This document shows positions 60,064 through 64,000 of a DNA stretch of 64,000 nt, piece after piece. How positions within the stretch are numbered: the stretch's first letter is position 1; each line of letters starts with the position of its first letter. This DNA is from Candidatus Latescibacterota bacterium (GTDB lineage Bacteria; Latescibacterota; UBA2968; UBA8231): positions 1,152,001 through 1,216,000 of the forward strand of contig OY730476.1 in the NCBI GenBank assembly GCA_963422735.1, given 5' to 3'. A model generated the notes under the pieces. The model did not search any database. It was not told the origin of the DNA and saw only the letters and a program-made list of their open reading frames with translations. Both the position numbers and the translations under genes were made by a program.

Positions 60064-60270
60064 GAGCAGACCAGATGAATCATTCCTAATGTAACCGACA
60101 TCGGCCTTGTCGTAGCGCGTGGCAATGCGGCGAAACGGCTTGATCCGGCCAGAAAACCGCTTCGAGAAACAAGCGGTTGTCGCGACCCGGCCGACCTCGA
60201 TCGCCGGGTTTGCCCGGCAGTAGCGGCACCACCCGCTGCCATTGGGCTTCATGGACCATCCGTTGCGTCT
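60031..60270 (-). mobile_element. IS5-family transposase remnant, internally deleted
   Basis: WQRVVPLLPGK.GDRGR.GRDNRLFLEAVFW (DUF4096-like) joined to RIKPFRRIATRYDK; end sequence GGGCCTATGGACATT after TA. Confidence 0.75.
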
Positions 60271-60284
60271 CCACCTGCGGCGAC

Positions 60285-60573
60285 CACGTGCCACTGAAAA
60301 ACCGCTGGAGGCGGCCCATCTGCGCCGAACCCGAAAGGACGGCGGCCCACTTTTTGAGGTTGACCGAACGAGGTTGAATTAACGCACATAGCATATGAGG
60401 CAACAGCAGCGCTTAGTAGTTCGACATGAGAAGGGCCACTTGACACAGCACCTTCTTTAAGCGAGTCATTTTCTTCACCGTGTAGCTCCTATCCGTTAGG
60501 GGGAGGGTCGTTTGGACACCAACCAATAAACCTAACGCGGGGCTGCACGGCAAAGTAAATATGCTGTCGTGTA
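60285..60573 (-). mobile_element. IS4-family transposase 5' remnant
   Basis: LCALIQPRSVNLKKWA...RLQRFF; end-like CTACACGACA. Confidence 0.6.
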
Positions 60574-60620
60574 GTTAGGCTCCGATATAGCTTTAAGCCG
60601 ACCAGTGAAGGAGCATCCAG

Positions 60621-61691
60621 ATGCAAGTCAAAACCGAGCTAGAAAAGCGCGACCCGGCTCTTTATCGCGCCCTATTCGAAGAGGTTCTTGACGCGATCTT
60701 CATTGCCGAGCGGGACGGGACCATCATCGATGCCAACCATGCCACCAGTATCCTGTTTGCCTACGAACGCGCCGACCTGCTCGGCTCGAACCTCCGCGAC
60801 CTCTACGCGGACCTAGACAATTATAAGCGGTTTCAGGAAGAGATTGATCGAGAAGAGTCCGTGCGCGACTTTGCCGCGGCGTTTAGAACCCGCACCGGGC
60901 ACCGATTCGATGCGCTCATAACAGTCTCGGTTCGGCGAGCCGCAGGCGGCACTTACACAGGCTATCAAGGCATCATCCGCAAAATCAGCAAGCACAAGCG
61001 CATGGAGAGACATCTCCAGAAGTTGCGGACGCTGGCGGCCAAGCTCTTGATCGACCGGGAGCGCGAGCGGGTGCGCCTTGGGACCGATCTCCACGATTCC
61101 ATCGGGCAGATGCTGGTGCTGTCGAAGGTCAAGGTCAATTCACTGCGGCATTCCGACGACGCCGAACGCGAAGCCTTGATTGACGCATTGGAGAGGGACC
61201 TAGACGAGATGGCTCATCTCATCCGGTCCATGACCTTCGACAGCAGTTCACCCGTGCTCTACGGCATGGGGTTCATACCAGGTATAGAGGTACTCGGCGA
61301 TCTCATTCATTCCCATTACGGGTTGACCGTGCGCGTGGAAGTCGAGGACAAGTGGGATATACCCAACCACGACATACGCGGCTTAGTGTGCAGGTTCATT
61401 CGCGAGTTGCTGGTGAATGTCGCTCGGCATACCAACACAGACCAAGCCACCGTCTCCTTGCGTCGAGATGTAGCCCGGCTGCAGGTGGTAGTAGAAGACG
61501 CGGGCGAAGGCTTTGATGGCGCGCATTTGGACGAGATGGACCAAGCCAACCACTTCGGTCTGTTCAGTATTCAAGAGCACCTGCTTCACATCGGTGGCTA
61601 TTTAACGATCCACTCGACGCCCGGGAAAGGCACGTGCTGCCTACTAACGCTTCCGAGTTCCCTGTCTGAAGAAGAAGGCCATTCCCTATGA
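60621..61691 (+). CDS. PAS-domain sensor histidine kinase (HisKA_3, NarX/UhpB-like)
   Basis: PAS N-terminus; ERVRLGTDLHDSIGQ, ELLVNVARH, DAGEGF, FGL, PGKGT. Confidence 0.9.
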   Translation: MQVKTELEKRDPALYRALFEEVLDAIFIAERDGTIIDANHATSILFAYERADLLGSNLRDLYADLDNYKRFQEEIDREESVRDFAAAFRTRTGHRFDALITVSVRRAAGGTYTGYQGIIRKISKHKRMERHLQKLRTLAAKLLIDRERERVRLGTDLHDSIGQMLVLSKVKVNSLRHSDDAEREALIDALERDLDEMAHLIRSMTFDSSSPVLYGMGFIPGIEVLGDLIHSHYGLTVRVEVEDKWDIPNHDIRGLVCRFIRELLVNVARHTNTDQATVSLRRDVARLQVVVEDAGEGFDGAHLDEMDQANHFGLFSIQEHLLHIGGYLTIHSTPGKGTCCLLTLPSSLSEEEGHSL

Positions 61692-62328
61692 CTTTGAAGG
61701 TTTTTCTGGTAGAAGACCACACTATGGTGCGCCAAGCACTGTACACGCGGCTCGAACGAGAAAGCGGGATTGAGATCGTCGGCGAGGCCTCCGATGGTCG
61801 CACGGCCATCGACTTGATCCCCGCCTATCAACCCGACATTGTGATCGTGGATATAGGGCTGCCCGACCTGAGCGGCATTGAGGTAACGCGCCAGATAAAG
61901 GCCACGCATCCGCGGGTGAAGTTCGTCGCGCTGTCGGAACACGCGGACAAGCGTTTTGTGGAGGGCCTACTCAGGCCGGTGGCTCGGCGTACCTGCTGAA
62001 AACGAATTTCATCAACGAGTTAGTCGAAGCGTTGTGGGAAGTACAGGCCGGCCGCCAGTACGTGAGTTCGCAGTTGACCAACCCCATCGTCGCCGGCCAG
62101 CCTCACTCGACTGCCTCCGACGAGCCTTCGCCCCTAACGCGGAGCGAGCGCGTGGTGCTGCGATTGGTCGCCGAAGGAAAAACAACCGCGCAAATAGCCG
62201 AAGCACTCCACGTGACTCAAAAGACCATCGGCACCCATCGCCAACATATAATGGATAAACTCAACCTTCACAGCGCAGCCGCATTGACGGCGTACGCGAT
62301 CAGGGAAGGGTTGGTGGATGGGTATTAG
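61688..62328 (+). pseudogene. NarL/FixJ-family response regulator, frameshift near 61975
   Basis: REC domain (VEDH, VDIGLPDLSG) and LuxR HTH (LTRSERVVL, KTIGTHRQHIMDKL) lie in different frames. Confidence 0.85.
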
Positions 62329-62521
62329 GAACTAGCAGAGATCTTGAGCTACCTCCTCGGAGCGCGGGCGTCTCGCTCGCCTCGTTAATTATTCCTCCGC
62401 GTCAATTTCCCATTCGCGTTGAATCCGCAAGGCAAGTCCGACGAGGGCTGTTAATAACGCTCCTTATGTCCTGACGGACATACGCGCAGACAAGCCCGCA
62501 AAGCTCCGCACCCCAAGCCGC

Positions 62522-62593
62522 ATCAGGCATTTTCTCGAAAAAGATCAGGTAATCACCTGATAGATCAGCAAAAAATCAGGTGATCTCCCGATA
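62522..62593. promoter_or_regulatory. three related 18-bp imperfect palindromes, probable LuxR/NarL operator sites
   Basis: ATCAGGcattttCTCGAA, ATCAGGtaatcaCCTGAT, ATCAGGtgatctCCCGAT. Confidence 0.6.
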
Positions 62594-62646
62594 CAAAACC
62601 ACCGCGGCGATTGCTATTTTTATAGTAACGAAAGGATCGAAGCCTT

Positions 62647-62816
62647 ATGAACACCATATACTCTCACATCCGCACACTTCTCGTCGCCAGCTTCCTCATC
62701 CTCGGCAGCACGGCTGTGGAGCGACCCCTGTCAAGTATATCGACGAGGTCGACGTGACCCTGCAAGAGCAGATCGAGCTTGCCTTTGATGACAACGCCTC
62801 TATCACCAGCATATAA
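62647..62816 (+). pseudogene. small secreted peptide or lipoprotein, possibly frameshifted
   Basis: hydrophobic MNTIYSHIRTLLVASFLILGST, then GCGATPVKYIDEVDV... in an adjacent frame. Confidence 0.35.
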
Positions 62817-62827
62817 GGAGACAGTTC

Positions 62828-63784
62828 ATGCCATCTAGTGTTTTTAATTTGTCTAGTTTTCGACCATACGACGCTGAAGAGGTCGCGACATTTCTCAACG
62901 AACTGCGCCAGCAGCATTGGTCTCTGTCATCATCGGCTTATCAGCGCAAACCCGAACATATCCCCTCTCTAACGACCGAAGCTTTGCTCAAAGAGCAGCG
63001 CGAGCATCCTCATCGCGTGGGCTACTATATACTAAGGTACAAGGGCCGGATCATCGCTTCGATGAAGATCGACGATAAATTCGGCGACGGACAGGTGGCT
63101 GTCTGTGCAGATCTAGAGACTCATCCGGCCTTTCAGCGTCGCGGTATTCCTTGGTTTCGTATGCTCCCGTGTGTACGCGAAGTGATTGAGATGGATTTCC
63201 AATGGGTCGAATTAGTGACTTGGGTCTTTAATCGCAAGGGCATTCCTTTGTATAAGCGATGCGGCTTTCGCGCCGTGCCGGGCACTTCCTTATTGATGGA
63301 GAACTATCTCCCTCTCCTTATTCGACATCCGGCACTGCGATCTTATTTCCAGCGGTGCGATTACATCAAAACACTTAACAATAAACGCAGCTATGGCTAT
63401 GACCACCTTAAATACCACGATCTGTATGTATTCCAGTATCAGTGGCAGGCGGGCGACGAAACGTGGGAGGTTCTAGTTGATTTTCAACGTCGACAGATTG
63501 CGTCGATAGGCTGTCGTGAGTGGTCGTTTGGTGCTTGGGTGGTAAGCGAGGATCCGTTACAAGTGCGGGTGCGGATGGAGAATCGGACGGCACCAGAAAT
63601 CAGTTGCTGCCAGTCGGATGGCTTGGATGCTGTGGTGCATGCGTTGTGCGGTCAAGAACGGCAGGTAGAGTGGGATTTAGAGGCGAAAGACGGTGTGGAT
63701 TTGTCGGTGCATATTGGCTCACTTCAGTTTCCATTTACGGTTCGGCAGCACTCAACAGAGAGCATAGAGGTCCATCATGCGTAA
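62828..63784 (+). CDS. GNAT-family acetyltransferase with C-terminal extension
   Basis: THPAFQRRGI (motif A), N.KGIPLYKRCGF; AAGGAG RBS. Confidence 0.8.
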   Translation: MPSSVFNLSSFRPYDAEEVATFLNELRQQHWSLSSSAYQRKPEHIPSLTTEALLKEQREHPHRVGYYILRYKGRIIASMKIDDKFGDGQVAVCADLETHPAFQRRGIPWFRMLPCVREVIEMDFQWVELVTWVFNRKGIPLYKRCGFRAVPGTSLLMENYLPLLIRHPALRSYFQRCDYIKTLNNKRSYGYDHLKYHDLYVFQYQWQAGDETWEVLVDFQRRQIASIGCREWSFGAWVVSEDPLQVRVRMENRTAPEISCCQSDGLDAVVHALCGQERQVEWDLEAKDGVDLSVHIGSLQFPFTVRQHSTESIEVHHA

Positions 63785-64000
63785 CAGATCGCTTCTCGTC
63801 AGTATCCTGCTCGTCGCGTGGGTGACAACAGGCTGCGATGACGTCAAATCAGTTGCGTCCTATCTGCAAGCTCAGGTCGGTGAGTACTATCATATTGCGC
63901 GGACAGATGATTGGAATGAGGAGAGCATTCCCCAAGCATCTGTCGAATACGCGGGCGAAGTCGGCGTCAAACTCAAGCGCACAGTCGAATTGGTTTTCGA
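63777..64000 (+). CDS. lipoprotein, runs off the window edge
   Basis: MRNRSLLVSILLVAWVTTGC lipobox; overlaps the GNAT stop codon. Confidence 0.6.
   Translation, partial: MRNRSLLVSILLVAWVTTGCDDVKSVASYLQAQVGEYYHIARTDDWNEESIPQASVEYAGEVGVKLKRTVELVF

Noticed and set aside
61688-62328. Programmed frameshift in the response regulator (also considered for the TPR and sulfatase genes)
   Set aside because: No slippery heptamer or stimulatory structure is apparent at the breaks; decay or sequencing indel is more likely.

Overview
GC-rich bacterial chromosomal window. The gene content (secreted FlgD-Ig/PNPFN C-terminal proteins, sulfatases, three PhyH dioxygenases, enolase-superfamily enzymes, TPR proteins) suggests a Latescibacterota/Poribacteria-like, possibly host-associated lineage; this is an inference. 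Most of the window is carbohydrate/organic catabolism, a sugar ABC transporter with galM, and a riboswitch-controlled cobalamin uptake operon. These are interspersed with many broken defence, toxin-antitoxin and IS remnants, damaged by frameshifts, premature stops and internal deletions. The standout is an intact, lower-GC, co-oriented 8-gene operon at 44020-57917 (minus strand). It encodes a Zn-ribbon protein, a membrane vWA protein, a membrane trypsin-like protease, a large tubulin/FtsZ-like protein, an Hsp70-like protein, a GrpE-like coiled-coil protein and a ZorA/ZorB-like (MotA/MotB) motor pair, with no zorC/D/E. It is a candidate undescribed Zorya-related defence or membrane-remodelling system. 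All calls come from motif recognition by eye; no database searches were run.
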